A stretch of 63,821 nucleotides of DNA, filler included, from Octopus bimaculoides (GCF_001194135.2; 6 parts of 6 records of this genome joined end to end with filler, not necessarily neighbours in it); one strand, 5' to 3'. Numbered from the whole stretch's first letter, positions 38,244 through 51,689 are shown. A program made the numbers and translations. The notes: a model not told the origin generated them from the letters alone.

Positions 38244-38469
38244 AGGCGGGGGAAGCTGGCAGAAACGTTAGCACGCCGGCCGAAATGCCTAGCGGTATTT
38301 CGTCTGCTGTAATGTTCTGAGTTCAAATTCCGCCGAGGTCGACTTTGCCTTTCATCCTTTCGGGGTCGATAAATTAAGTACCAGTTACGCACTGGGTCGA
38401 TGTAATTGACTTAAACCCTTTGTCTGTCCTTGTTTGTCCCCTCTATATTTAGCCCCTTGAGGGCAATTA
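38244..38469 (+). mobile_element. SINE family B, full length, with 17-bp TSD
   Basis: AGAAATAGCAGTAAAAA at 38227-38243 and 38470-38486; CpGs intact. Confidence 0.93.
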
Positions 38470-39989
38470 AGAAATAGCAGTAAAAAGCTCTTTTAGAAAA
38501 GGACATATGAGATGATGTGATCCAGGTTTCCTTGCATAATGACAAGACAGGATGATCAGAGCTGGAAAAGTATTTGCTGGATTGTGGATCAACTCTACTG
38601 GATCATGGCTAATCTATGACAACGAAAACAAATTAGTAGTGTGCTTGCTAAGTTGCAATCTTTGATATTAAAAAATTGTAAAATAGTGTCCCAAACGAAA
38701 TCCAGTTACTTTTAACTAAATGTAAACCGTAACGAACTTTAAAAGGTCGTTGTTATGCCTAAATCTGGCCAAATAAAGCAAACTTTGGATAGATTTAAGA
38801 TAGACAAACTTTGGAATCCATAACCTGATTGAACACCTAATTTAACACAACTATTTGGTCCATCGCAGCCTTTAGCAAAATATACCCTGTTATTGGCATT
38901 TAGTCCCATGTTTTTTGGTGTAATAATAGCGTCGTCCCAACAGTCATTGAGATCCTGAAAAGGATCACGGGTATAGCTTATCTTCTTCTAAGTAAGAAAT
39001 AAATTAAAATAATATTTAATTATTTCTTAGAATCTGCATAATCTCGATTATGTTGATCTCAGTTTGTTAGTCTTAGTTCGTCCTGTGTTTCTGCTTTTCT
39101 TCATGGGACATCGGGTTCTGAAGCAATTTGAATACAGAAAGCATTCGATCCCACCTCAGTTTTCAACACAAGTCTGGCACCAGCTATGCCGGATACCAGC
39201 CAAGGACATCGAAGTCGAAAGATATGGGTATCTTTAACCTTGTATAGGGTTCGATACCAGGTACTGTCAGCTGGATTGAGCTCGTATAAAACAGGGTAGA
39301 CTTGCTCTGCAGTAATGAATGAAGTTCCTATCCACTACCTTGGCACTGAGTAGATCTCAGTATATAACTGGAAATTATTTGATTAACAGTGAAAGCTAGT
39401 TGCAGACAGAAAATGTAGTCGTGGTGTATACCAACGAGATTAAGGCATTTGGTTCCGTGTTTAAACATTTATGCCAATGTGAAGTCATTTTTAACTTGAA
39501 AATATTATCTAAAATAAAGTCAAACTCTCAATCAAAATGATTCTTTTATGAATTTTAAACTCGTAAAAGACCAATTTCTACGCAGAGAATTTACAACTTT
39601 TAAATACCATCGTATTTTAATCTCTGAAACAGAGGAATTTAAAATAATCTTAATTCCTTTGTTCAGAAATTAAAATAAAGTCTCTCTGTGCAGTTAGTGA
39701 ACATTTATGATTTAAAATCAAACTGTACTCTCTGTACCCGCATATAGAATTTATAAACTTATGAATTTTCGGTACTTCTTGTAAGGAACTTGAAATTAAA
39801 ATCAATCTAAGATTCATGACTCATCTTTACTATTAGGTTTCTTGCCGACTTTGAATATAAATTTGTATCTATGTCCAGTGGTCTACTGTTTTTAAATCCA
39901 AACTTGAAGCATCAATATGATCACTGGACTTGCAAGAAATAGCTGAGAATCTCAATCAAATCTTATCCGCCACAAAAAAGAAAACAAAA

Positions 39990-40590
39990 TCAAAAAACAA
40001 TCCTGGGTGGCATTCATTCCGATTCATTACATTCTGAGTTCAAATGTCGCTGAGATGACATTAACTCTCATCCTTTTGAGGTCGATAAAATAAATGCTAA
40101 TTCAATTTTGGTTGTCAATTAAATAAACTTACACTTCCCCTAAAAATTGTTGGTCTTGTTCCAAAATTTGAGACCATTATTACATCTAGAAGCAGGGTGG
40201 CGAGTTGGGGGAATCTTAATCTATATTTCTTCCGGCTTTTTACGTTCTCAGTTAAAATGCTGCCGAGTTCGACTTTGCTTTTCATTTTTGCAGGATCGAT
40301 AGCATATGTAGCAGTTGAGCACTGGGGGCAATTTAATCGCCAAGAACCCCCTCCTCCAGAGTTTCAAGTCCTGGGCCTATAGTAGAAAGGATTATTACCA
40401 TTAAGGCGGCAAGCTGGCAAACTCGTCACCGGACCGGACAAAATGCTTAATGGTATTTCTTCCGGCTCTTCACGTTTTAAATTCAAGTACCCCGATGTCG
40501 ACTTTGCCTTTCCTCCTTTCGTGGTCAATAAAAAATTCGACTCTCCACCCCACTCAAAATTGCTGGCTTTGTGCAAAAATTAGAAAGAAT
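39990..40590 (+). mobile_element. Three consecutive diverged SINE family B copies
   Basis: Core ct(t/g)..catcc(t)tt...gtc(g/a)ataaa and tail aaa(a)ttg.tgg.cttgt.c.aaaa recur at about 39990-40172, 40190-40385 and 40405-40585. Confidence 0.75.
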
Positions 40591-41134
40591 TATTTCATCT
40601 AGGAGTGCATTGAAAAACTTGTACTTCCTTTTATTGTCAATCAATTGACAAGGTCTAATTTGAGGGCGATATGACTGCTTTTTCTAACAATATGAGTGAC
40701 CCATATAGCATCCTTTGTTGACTCAGTTTACGAAAAAGTGTTAGTTAGAAATGACCAACATAATATTCTGTTCTTTATTGCAAAATGAACTAAAAATATA
40801 CAAAAGCAAACAAGAAAACATAATGAAACTATAGAAAAGCAAAACAACAAAAAACCCAGCCTGTTATTGTTGTAGAAAATTTTCATGATCATTTCTTTGG
40901 TTTTAAGAACCGAAAAGGAAGGGTAGAAATGTAAACTCATTATCTGGGTACATATGGATGATGGAATTGTCTTAGTGTCTTAGCAATGCTTTCAAATATA
41001 TATTATCTCTCTCATGTATTTTAGGTGTGTTGCTTGTATAACAGAACAGGTCTTTTGTTCTTAGTCTTAGAGTATCATATCCGGTTAACTATTGAGTTTA
41101 TGTACTAATGGTCCACTTAGTCACATACATACAC

Positions 41135-41177
<43 letters not shown>

Positions 41178-41213
41178 CACACACACACAATCATATATTA
41201 TATGTGTATATGT

Positions 41214-41313
41214 NNNNNNNNNNNNNNNNNNNNNNNNNNNNNNNNNNNNNNNNNNNNTTAATTAATTAANNNNNNNNNNNNNNNNNNNNNNNNNNNNNNN
41301 NNNNNNNNNNNNN
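41214..41313. other. Artificial assembly spacer
   Basis: 44 N + TTAATTAATTAA (41258-41269) + 44 N. Confidence 0.95.
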
Positions 41314-41440
41314 TCCTTTCGGGGTCGATAAATTAAATACCAGTTACGCACTGGGGTCGATGTGATCGACTTAATCCCTTTGTGTCTGTCCTTGTTTGTC
41401 CTCTCTATGTTTAGCCCCTTGTGGGCAATAAAGAAATAAC
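41314..41440 (+). mobile_element. SINE family B 3' half cut by the spacer
   Basis: tcctttcggggtcgataaattaaataccagttacgcactggggtcg...gggcaataaagaaataa. Confidence 0.88.
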
Positions 41441-42707
41441 ATGCACTCTGCATCGACAGCAGATTGCATTCCCAGAATACAGAAAATTTAGTGAACATAT
41501 TGAGAAATGCGCAAAACAAATGCTACCACAATTTATAATTTTTCCATTCTATTAATGTGCCATTGGAACACCAACACAAATTAAATTAAATAAGGAAACC
41601 TTCTTCATTGTAAAATATAAGCCCAAACTTAACCATTGCTAACACTTTTAAATAAGGAAATTCACCTCACGGAGAGAAAAAAATATAGAACAAAACCTAA
41701 CATTCTATTCCTTCTAAACCAAATCATGGTAAATTAATCAAAATCTATCACCTCCTACATTTCGATTATCTCCCTTATACCGGAAAAAATCCCTGATTAC
41801 TATCTAGAACCCCATTTTATACACTGGAGCGAAGACATGTTACGATACAGATAGAGAAATTTGNNNNNNNNNNNNNNNNNNNNNNNNNNNNNNNNNNNNN
41901 NNNNNNNNNNNNNNNNNNNNNNNNNNNNNNNNNNNNNNNNNNNNNNNNNNNNNNNNNNNNNNNNNNNNNNNNNNNNNNNNNNNNNNNNNNNNNNNNNNNN
42001 NNNNNNNNNNNNNNNNNNNNNNNNNNNNNNNNNNNNNNNNNNNNNNNNNNNNNNNNNNNNNNNNNNNNNNNNNNNNNNNNNNNNNNNNNNNNNNNNNNNN
42101 NNNNNNNNNNNNNNNNNNNNNNNNNNNNNNNNNNNNNNNNNNNNNNNNNNNNNNNNNNNNNNNNNNNNNNNNNNNNNNNNNNNNNNNNNNNNNNNNNNNN
42201 NNNNNNNNNNNNNNNNNNNNNNNNNNNNNNNNNNNNNNNNNNNNNNNNNNNNNNNNNNNNNNNNNNNNNNNNNNNNNNNNNNNNNNNNNNNNNNNNNNNN
42301 NNNNNNNNNNNNNNNNNNNNNNNNNNNNNNNNNNNNNNNNNNNNNNNNNNNNNNNNNNNNNNNNNNNNNNNNNNNNNNNNNNNNNNNNNNNNNNNNNNNN
42401 NNNNNNNNNNNNNNNNNNNNNNNNNNNNNNNNNNNNNNNNNNNNNNNNNNNNNNNNNNNNNNNNNNNNNNNNNNNNNNNNNNNNNNNNNNNNNNNNNNNN
42501 NNNNNNNNNNNNNNNNNNNNNNNNNNNNNNNNNNNNNNNNNNNNNNNNNNNNNNNNNNNNNNNNNNNNNNNNNNNNNNNNNNNNNNNNNNNNNNNNNNNN
42601 NNNNNNNNNNNNNNNNNNNNNNNNNNNNNNNNNNNNNNNNNNNNNNNNNNNNNNNNNNNNNNNNNNNNNNNNNNNNNNNNNNNNNNNNNNNNNNNNNNNN
42701 NNNNNNN

Positions 42708-42739
<32 letters not shown>

Positions 42740-43196
42740 TATTCACATATATATGAACATACTCAGACACACACCTGTATGTTAACTCTATAAACGATTT
42801 CTGTTCCTCAATGAAAGCCGTTAACACCTGTTATGCCGCTCACGTCCTCAATGAAAACATGACTGTCACACAAACTGAGCCGGCTGGAAATGGTATTTAT
42901 TTGTGCATCTTTGCGTCGTCGTCTGGTTCTGCCGGGGTCCAGGAGAAGGATAAGAAATACAGAAGTGGCGGAGACGCGGTTATGCAATATGACTCCCTCT
43001 CTGCTTCATTCGAATAGGACATTATTTGAATTACTTCTCTGTGTGTGTGCATGTGTGCATGTGTGTATGTGTGTGAATGTGCGCGCGCGTGTGTGTGCAT
43101 AAGAAGCAGTATAGACGGAAAGGTGTAAATGTGTTTGAAAATGTGTGTGTGTGTACACGTGATCATGTATATATGTATACATGCACACATGTGTAC

Positions 43197-43237
<41 letters not shown>

Positions 43238-43337
43238 NNNNNNNNNNNNNNNNNNNNNNNNNNNNNNNNNNNNNNNNNNNNTTAATTAATTAANNNNNNN
43301 NNNNNNNNNNNNNNNNNNNNNNNNNNNNNNNNNNNNN
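43238..43337. other. Artificial assembly spacer
   Basis: 44 N + TTAATTAATTAA (43282-43293) + 44 N. Confidence 0.95.
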
Positions 43338-43739
43338 TGATAAATTCTTATAAAGATTTTATCATATTCTTGAATTATATATATATATTTATTTATGAGT
43401 ATGTATACACACACACACACACAAATATATACACATACATATACACAAATATATATATATACATATATAATATTTAAAAGGATTTATTTAAATAAATATT
43501 GCGCGGTTGTTAACATAATGGATATAGATCATTTTAATTACCATCATGAAAATATATGTTGTATATTTATTTAAATAAACCCTTTTAAATATCTTATCAT
43601 TTAACTCGATGGAAGTTTTTTTCTGAATACGAAGTGATTAGTCAATAAATAAAAGATTTTTCATTATTCCCATTGTTTCTATATTACGATTAATCATTAC
43701 TGTCTTGAAACATTTTAATACATATTGTGTCTGTGCGTT

Positions 43740-43794
<55 letters not shown>

Positions 43795-43843
43795 ATATAT
43801 ATACATACATGTATCTATAGGTATGTATATCTATACGTATATA

Positions 43844-43928
<85 letters not shown>

Positions 43929-44016
43929 GTATATATACATTAATATATACATGCATGTACGTATGTATGAATGCCTGAATTTGTATTTATGTGTATATGT
44001 ATGTATATGTATGTAT

Positions 44017-44075
<59 letters not shown>

Positions 44076-44109
44076 GTATGTATGTACGTATTACGTATGT
44101 ATGTACAGG

Positions 44110-44245
44110 GAGAGACACAGAGAGACACAGAGAGAGACACAGAGAGACACAGAGAGAGACACAGAGAGACACAGAGAGACACAGAGAGNNNNNNNNNNGA
44201 GAGACACAGAGAGACACAGAGAGACACAGAGAGAGAGAGAGAGAG
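44110..44245. repeat. (AGAGACAC)n-type compound microsatellite
   Basis: Direct reading; source of the RETQ and ERHR ORFs. Confidence 0.9.
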
Positions 44246-44378
44246 AGAATATATGAATCATATCACTGTGTCAAATGAGCCGAAGAGGCAAAATGATATG
44301 AAAGCATATATTTGAAAGGTGAAAAAAAAACAAAAATTAGAGGGCGATCGTATATGTTGTGTATGTAATGTAGAATGT

Positions 44379-44825
44379 GTTGTTGGCACTCCGTCGCTTA
44401 CGACGACGAGGGTTCCAGTTGATCCGATCAACGGAACAGCCTGCTCGTGAAATTAGCGTGCAAGTGGCTGAGCACTCCACAGACACGTGTACCCTTAACG
44501 TAGTTCTCGGGGATATTCAGNNNNNNNNNNAGTGGCTGAGCACTCCACAGACACGTGTACCCTTAACGTAGTTCTCGGGGATATTCAGCGTGACACAGAG
44601 TGTGACAAGGCTGACCCTTTGAATTACAGGCACAACAGAAACAGGAAGAAAGAGTGAGAGAAAGTTTTGGTGAACGAGTACAGCAGGCTTCACCACCACC
44701 CCCTGCTGGAGCCTCGTTAGGTGTCTTCACTCAATAAACACTCACAACGCTCGGTCTGGGAACCGAAACCACGATCCTATGACAGTGAGTCCGCTGCCCT
44801 AACGACTGGACCATCGCGCCTCCAC
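44379..44825 (-). mobile_element. SINE family D, full length, with 13-bp TSD and (CAA)n tail
   Basis: TAATGTAGAATGT at 44366-44378 and 44826-44838; tRNA-like head ggaggcgcgatggtccagtcgttaggg...ggtttcggttccc on the minus strand. An internal 58-bp duplication around a 10-N gap is probably an assembly artefact. Confidence 0.92.
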
Positions 44826-45202
44826 TAATGTAGAATGTAATATGAAATAAATATGACGGAAATTTCATCTAGGTTATTGCAGGGTAGAAATCAATAGAAA
44901 CTGTGAGGGCCACGATATTTGGACAGGAGGTAAGATATAGAGTTTGACAGGAGGTGCGAGTACAGAGTGATTCAAAAGACTCCATACATAGGAAAACATT
45001 ATTTTTATAAGAAACGGTTTATAAGATCCCTTATCATGGGATCAAAGAACTGGTACAAATGTGCCTTCAGACAGTGCAACACGATGTCCTGTATTCTGAA
45101 TGCTAAGCTGTTATTGTTGTGACCTGATGGATAGAGAAAATATGTTACCAAATTATCGCACAAACTTTTGACTGAACACAGCACACATACATGATTATGC
45201 TT

Positions 45203-45249
<47 letters not shown>

Positions 45250-46158
45250 AGTGAATGTGTGTGTGTAATTCTATAGTCGATTAAATATGACTAGATTAAT
45301 GTGGGGAATTATAAGCATAGTTGTATTACGCAACGCTACTTATCTGAGATGTGCATAAACAAATTATGAATCGTGAATTATCAATTAAAAATATATGATT
45401 CTCCATAATTCTCCGTATATGTGTTTGTGTGTGTGTGTGTGTTTGTGAGTGAATCTACAAGTTGTTTACATTGTCTCTCTTTGTCCTATTTTCTCTTATT
45501 CCNNNNNNNNNNNNNNNNNNNNNNNNNNNNNNNNNNNNNNNNNNNNNNNNNNNNNNNNNNNNNNNNNNNNNNNNNNNNNNNNNNNNNNNNNNNNNNNNNN
45601 NNNNNNNNNNNNNNNNNNNNNNNNNNNNNNNNNNNNNNNNNNNNNNNNNNNNNNNNNNNNNNNNNNNNNNNNNNNNNNNNNNNNNNNNNNNNNNNNNNNN
45701 NNNNNNNNNNNNNNNNNNNNNNNNNNNNNNNNNNNNNNNNNNNNNNNNNNNNNNNNNNNNNNNNNNNNNNNNNNNNNNNNNNNNNNNNNNNNNNNNNNNN
45801 NNNNNNNNNNNNNNNNNNNNNNNNNNNNNNNNNNNNNNNNNNNNNNNNNNNNNNNNNNNNNNNNNNNNNNNNNNNNNNNNNNNNNNNNNNNNNNNNNNNN
45901 NNNNNNNNNNNNNNNNNNNNNNNNNNNNNNNNNNNNNNNNNNNNNNNNNNNNNNNNNNNNNNNNNNNNNNNNNNNNNNNNNNNNNNNNNNNNNNNNNNNN
46001 NNNNNNNNNNNNNNNNNNNNNNNNNNNNNNNNNNNNNNNNNNNNNNNNNNNNNNNNNNNNNNNNNNNNNATATGATGTACAGATCCGTGATAGAAAATTA
46101 AACAAAAAAAGTATTCTGTCTTGTGAGAGATAAATATTATTTAGTTAAAGGTCACTAT

Positions 46159-46373
46159 GGAGGCACGTGGCTTAGTGGTTAGGGTGTCAGCATCATGATC
46201 ATAAGATTGTGGTTTCGATTCCTGGACCGGGCGACGCGTTGTGTTCTTGAGCAAGACACTTCATTTCACGTTGCTCCAGTCCACTCAGCTGGCAAAAATG
46301 AGTAACGCTGCGATGGACCGGCGTCCCGTCCAGCTGGGGAACACACACGTCATAAAAACCGGGAAACCGGGCC
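46159..46373 (+). mobile_element. SINE family C (tRNA head, CORE-like centre), 215 bp, with 13-bp TSD
   Basis: TAAAGGTCACTAT at 46146-46158 and 46374-46386; A-box TGGCTTAGTGG; B-box-like GGTTTCGATTCC; gttcttgagcaagacacttcatttcacgttgctccagtccactcagctg. Confidence 0.93.
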
Positions 46374-46945
46374 TAAAGGTCACTATACATACATTAAAGA
46401 ACTACTAATAGTTTCATTGGTTATAATTGTATGTATGCATGTATGTATGTATGTATGTATGTACGGAACATTTATTTCATGTTTTTTCTCGCAAATTAAC
46501 TCACAAAGATCTAATCGAAAGGCGTCTAAGCTGGAAGAAATTTGCACAAAGTGCCGCATAGTGGGATTGAAACCAAGAGCTCAAAGTGTTGAAGCATCCT
46601 TCTTACCGCGCAGCCTCTCGTGCGCTTCTGCACGACGAAGCATAAACCTCTACACATCCACACCTGCGCCCATGTTACTATTCTTAAACGTCTCCTTGCA
46701 CCACAGTAGTTTCGTTTCCCAAATATTGATCCCTGTATCAAATACTGCCTCACCAACAAAAGAACATGTTCGAATTCTTTTGGCAGCAAAGACACGATAT
46801 CTTCTCACTGATAAAGTTTGACATTCCTGGACATCAAGTTTGCCGTTATTTGTCAGAAACGTTAGTATTGCTGTCATTATCAATTAGATTTAATCTAGCT
46901 GTCTTTGTTGATTGTAAATTGCCACAGTGTATTTGGCCATCTGAA

Positions 46946-46994
46946 TATTATTATTATTATTATTGTTGTTGTTGTTGTTGTTGTTGTTGTTATC

Positions 46995-47087
<93 letters not shown>

Positions 47088-47122
47088 CATTAGTATCATT
47101 ATTATTATTATTATTGTTGTTG

Positions 47123-47195
<73 letters not shown>

Positions 47196-47203
47196 CATCA
47201 TCA
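46946..47203. repeat. Compound (ATT)n/(GTT)n microsatellite
   Basis: Direct reading of the sequence. Confidence 0.95.
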
Positions 47204-48023
47204 TTTTGCTTCGTCTTTACTATTTCTTTATACTACTTTCAATGATACATTTTCGTTAGCATATTTTACATCCTCCTAATCATCCACGACATCAACGTCA
47301 GCCATCTTCTCATCATTAATAAACTCATATATTGTTGTCGTCAACACATTCCAAGCCCGCATTATTATCGTCATATGGCTATTAACTTTACTTTTATTAG
47401 AAGCGTAGCTATCATTATCGTCATCATTATAACATTATAATCTTCGTTATTATATGCATGCACAGACGCACATACATACCGAAACATATTCAGAACAACC
47501 TAACATATGTAAATAGATTATGAACACCCATTAAACACACATATAGGCATTTATATAAACGCAAAAATATGTTTATATATATATATATATATATATATAT
47601 NNNNNNNNNNNNNNNNNNNNNNNNNNNNNNNNNNNNNNNNNNNNNNNNNNNNNNNNNNNNNNNNNNNNNNNNNNNNNNNNNNNNNNNNNNNNNNNNNNNN
47701 NNNNNNNNNNNNNNNNNNNNNNNNNNNNNNNNNNNNNNNNNNNNNNNNNNNNNNNNNNNNNNNNNNNNNNNNNNNNNNNNNNNNNNNNNNNNNNNNNNNN
47801 NNNNNNNNNNNNNNNNNNNNNNNNNNNNNNNNNNNNNNNNNNNNNNNNNNNNNNNNNNNNNNNNNNNNNNNNNNNNNNNNNNNNNNNNNNNNNNNNNNNN
47901 NNNNNNNNNNNNNNNNNNNNNNNNNNNNNNNNNNNNNNNNNNNNNNNNNNNNNNNNNNATAAATTCCTCTATTTACATAATATCGAGGTCTCTTTCTTTC
48001 TTTTGTTGTCTTACCTTTTCTAT

Positions 48024-48073
<50 letters not shown>

Positions 48074-48649
48074 TAAAGCCAAGTATAGTAGATGTATCAA
48101 TAATATTTAATTAGTAGTCTAGTTATTATATTTGATTAGTTTAGGAATATAATGAGTGTAATTTTTTGTTGGGGTGTAATTCAATAATATTAATAATATT
48201 AAAATAATTAAATTATATAATATAAACAGATATTTATACAAAGGAATTATAAATTCGCATACACCTGCTAGAAATAAGAGCAAAAATCTTAAATTAATCC
48301 ACCGTACAGCACCAAGATAACAGAGAAAAGCAGTATGCCAGGAAAACGGGAAGAATTAATACATTCAGCAGCACAAAATAAAATATTATGCAGTTTAGGA
48401 CATGCAAAAGAATATATATAAGAATGTATGATGGAGAATTGAATATATGCGGAAGATATTTTGATATAATGATGTGAGTGCATACCTTGTATTGATTTTC
48501 ATTTGAAGATTTATCAGAATAGTAAAGGAAAATGGTTATGTGGAAAAATATGTGATACAAAAATAATCAACTGTAGCAATTCCATTCTGGAATATTGGAT
48601 AAGTGATATAAAAATTAGTAATGGCTTATAGTAAAATATTTTTATCGAC

Positions 48650-48815
48650 TGTAGGTCTTGTGCCTGCAGTCGATTTCTGGGGAGGAAGCCAGTCGATTAG
48701 ATCGACCCCAGTGCGCAACTGGTATTTAATTTATCGATACTGAAGGGATGAAAGGCAAGGTCAACCTCGGCGGGATTTGAACTCAGAACGTAAAGACAGA
48801 CGAAATACCGCTAAG
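48650..48815 (-). mobile_element. SINE family B, 5'-truncated
   Basis: gatcgaccccagtgcgcaactggtatttaatttatcg...gaaaggcaaggtcaacctcggcgggatttgaactcagaacg. Confidence 0.88.
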
Positions 48816-49802
48816 TAAAGTTACTACAACCCTTCAAGGACAGACGGACGAATGGATGGATGGACGGATGGATGGATGGATCGTATTTGATATTTAAAAA
48901 GATTTACTGAAATAAACGTTTTGCTTATCTTTCAATAATGGATATATATGTTTATATAATAAATCTCCATCATATCAAACCGCAATTGAAACGTAAATGA
49001 ATGTTTAAAACGAAGATAAATATTGCTTTTTTATATTACACGTTGTAGAGTATATAAAAACGTATTTATTTTCACATCTGTATGTATAATAAGCATGTAA
49101 CTACGCATACCTACGTGCAGCAGCATACATTTGTGAGCCATATATAAATATTCATACACCCATGCACATACCACTTACCTTCATATGCATTCGCTCTACT
49201 ATGCATGCACATGCATACACATACATGTTTATGTATATGCATATATGTACCCACATCTACACACACACACACACACACACACACCTAATCGATCCGGTGC
49301 CCAATATATGTACCGATATCATACTTATGTTGAAACCAGCTGGCATATTCCCATATAAGCATACATAAATATGTGGATGTATTTTAGATCATATATTGAT
49401 TCTTTATTTTTTTTTATGTACAAATATGCGCACAAATATCCCGTTGGTAGTTTTGCACGCATTTAAGAGGGAATTCTGCAAATGTATCATTTATATTTTA
49501 CATATTCTTGAACATTTTTCTACTCTTTTATGTTTCACTTCTAATTCCCAACCGTCAAAAGTGATGGCCGCTTTTAAGAAATATTAAATTAGAATAAATT
49601 GTATTATATATATTTGATGCAGAATTGTAGAGAAAGAATAAGTTAACTTTCACTTCAAAATAGTCTGAGTGGGGAAAAAGGGCTGAAAATATTTCCTTCC
49701 TACAATGAGTTGAACTTCAGGTCCACTTCGTTAGAACTACTTTATAATAAAATATGTAAACCTTACTACAAATGATTTATATACTGCACCAGAGTTAATA
49801 TG

Positions 49803-49986
49803 CAGGGTGTCCACAAAGACTGGGTACATGAGTAAATAAAATCATAACATAAACAATTATTAAATATACGAAATAATAATTTCTTAAAGTATGTGTTAAT
49901 CCCCATGTGGGTACATGATATAAATAAAATCATGACATAAACAATTAAATATAAGAAATAATAATTTCTTAAAGTATGTGTTAATC
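49803..49986 (+). repeat. Tc1/mariner-like end (CAGGGTGTCCACAAAG) followed by an 87-bp tandem duplication
   Basis: gggtacatg...taaataaaatcat.acataaacaatt...ttcttaaagtatgtgttaatc starts at 49822 and 49909. The TIR assignment is inference. Confidence 0.6.
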
Positions 49987-50098
49987 GAATGTATGTATGT
50001 ATGTATGTATGTATGTATGCATTGTATCTACAGACAGAGAGACAGATAGATAGATAGTTAGATACATACATACATACATACATACATACATACATACA

Positions 50099-50129
<31 letters not shown>

Positions 50130-50722
50130 TAGAAGTTTATGTATATGTATGTAACCGAATATGAAGTCATCCGTTCGTGTATATTTGATAGGAAAAGCAT
50201 CTTTTCCCACCTGAATTATTTTTCTAACGAATTTTCACACTTTCAACTTTGTAGACACCAAAATTACACCGAAGATAATTTTTCAAATATTATTTTATTG
50301 CCATAGCTACCAATGGCGTACAGTGTCTCCTTTTCTTTTACTTCNNNNNNNNNNNNNNNNNNNNNNNNNNNNNNNNNNNNNNNNNNNNNNNNNNNNNNNN
50401 NNNNNNNNNNNNNNNNNNNNNNNNNNNNNNNNNNNNNNNNNNNNNNNNNNNGGTAATCCGTTTATTTTGTTAGTTATTGTAAAGTAACTGTGTGTATGTA
50501 ACGTCTAAATATGCATCGTTATTAACATGAAGTGACGGTTTTTGTTTCATATCTCAACAACAACAAAAACATATGACGCCATATTTCCTGGAGAAAATGC
50601 TTTATGAGCAAAATTTGTTCCAAACTTTTGAAACTAGAAGACATATTATGAGATACTTCACACATTTAAACAATATCCCCGTTAAACATTAAATGTCTGA
50701 TAATCTGTATATGCAAATTTTT

Positions 50723-50755
<33 letters not shown>

Positions 50756-51010
50756 ATTAGAGAACTTTATAACTGGAAACAGAGTGAAAATATGTACATC
50801 ATTAACTAAGCAGCTACCGGTTTTCGTCGCTCTAATTCCGACCTATTCGTTCTAAATTAATAGGGAAAAAGGAATTCAAATAAATTAAATTACTTTAAAC
50901 TTTCGTGATATCAATTGTGGAAACTCACTTTGCTTTTTTTAGAGATAACATGTATGTGATTTATATATGTGTGTGCGCGTATGTCTGTACGTAAATGTTC
51001 GCGTGTGGGG

Positions 51011-51110
51011 NNNNNNNNNNNNNNNNNNNNNNNNNNNNNNNNNNNNNNNNNNNNTTAATTAATTAANNNNNNNNNNNNNNNNNNNNNNNNNNNNNNNNNN
51101 NNNNNNNNNN
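51011..51110. other. Artificial assembly spacer
   Basis: 44 N + TTAATTAATTAA (51055-51066) + 44 N. Confidence 0.95.
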
Positions 51111-51466
51111 TATATATATATATATATATATATGGTGCTTATATCAAAATTTTACCTATATACATATAAAGTACGATTTATTCGTGATTAGAGTCGTTCG
51201 TAAACCGAGAAACTACTGTATCTAAATTTGTACAAGAAAACATCGTCGCATTCCTATTTAAATGAAGTATTTGTGAATTAATTTAATATAACTTCATATC
51301 GGATGGCAGTCAAAACAGATCATAACACAGAGAGCACCTGCTGAGAAATGCTTGATGTAGCAGGCAGAAAGAGTAATGGTTGGGATGTCTGGATTCTTGT
51401 AACAAGAATAAGAAGTAGCAAGAGTGAAAAGAAGACGTTCATGGGTTCTCTCAAGTGGAATTATAA

Positions 51467-51689
51467 GGTACTACTAAAGCAGCACGGTCCCGAGCGCGCG
51501 GTCGCGCGTCCGCGCTAGCTAGTCGTGAGTGGTCGATCCTAGCCCTGACCCTGTCCCTAACCCTAACCCGCGTGTGCAAATGAATGTGTTTAGGGTTAGG
51601 GACAGGGTCAGGGCTAGGATCGACCACTCACGACTAGCTAGCGCGGATGCACGACTGCGCGTTCGGGACCGTGCTGCTTTAGTAGTACC
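51467..51689. mobile_element. 223-bp MITE with 100-bp TIRs, 9-bp TSD and telomere-like repeats (Merlin- or MULE-like)
   Basis: GAATTATAA at 51458-51466 and 51690-51698; termini GGTACTACTAAAGC...GCTTTAGTAGTACC; arms 51467-51566 and 51590-51689 differ at 4 sites; inner ends CCCTAG/CCCTGA/CCCTGT/CCCTAA/CCCTAA. Confidence 0.95.

Noticed and set aside
39100-39240. LINE RT-like peptide QFSTQVWHQLCRIPAKD
   Set aside because: Similarity is limited to a few residues, with no flanking RT motifs.
44463-44588. 58-bp tandem duplication inside SINE D
   Set aside because: The two identical copies flank a 10-N gap exactly, the signature of unmerged overlapping contig ends.
46159-46235. tRNA gene
   Set aside because: A/B boxes are present but continue into a SINE body bounded by a 13-bp TSD; the same applies to the other tRNA-like heads.
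46650-46940. Exon 2 of the gene starting at 51956 (GINIWET looks WD40-like)
   Set aside because: No acceptor gives the required phase-2 entry into the open frame, upstream frames have stops, and it lies across an artificial spacer.
17502-47945. Long ORFs of 200-400 aa in the track
   Set aside because: They run through N gaps (X residues) and microsatellites; they are not evidence of coding sequence.
51545-51612. Interstitial telomere or chromosome-fusion site
   Set aside because: The few CCCTAA/TTAGGG units are internal parts of TIRs in an element with a perfect 9-bp TSD.
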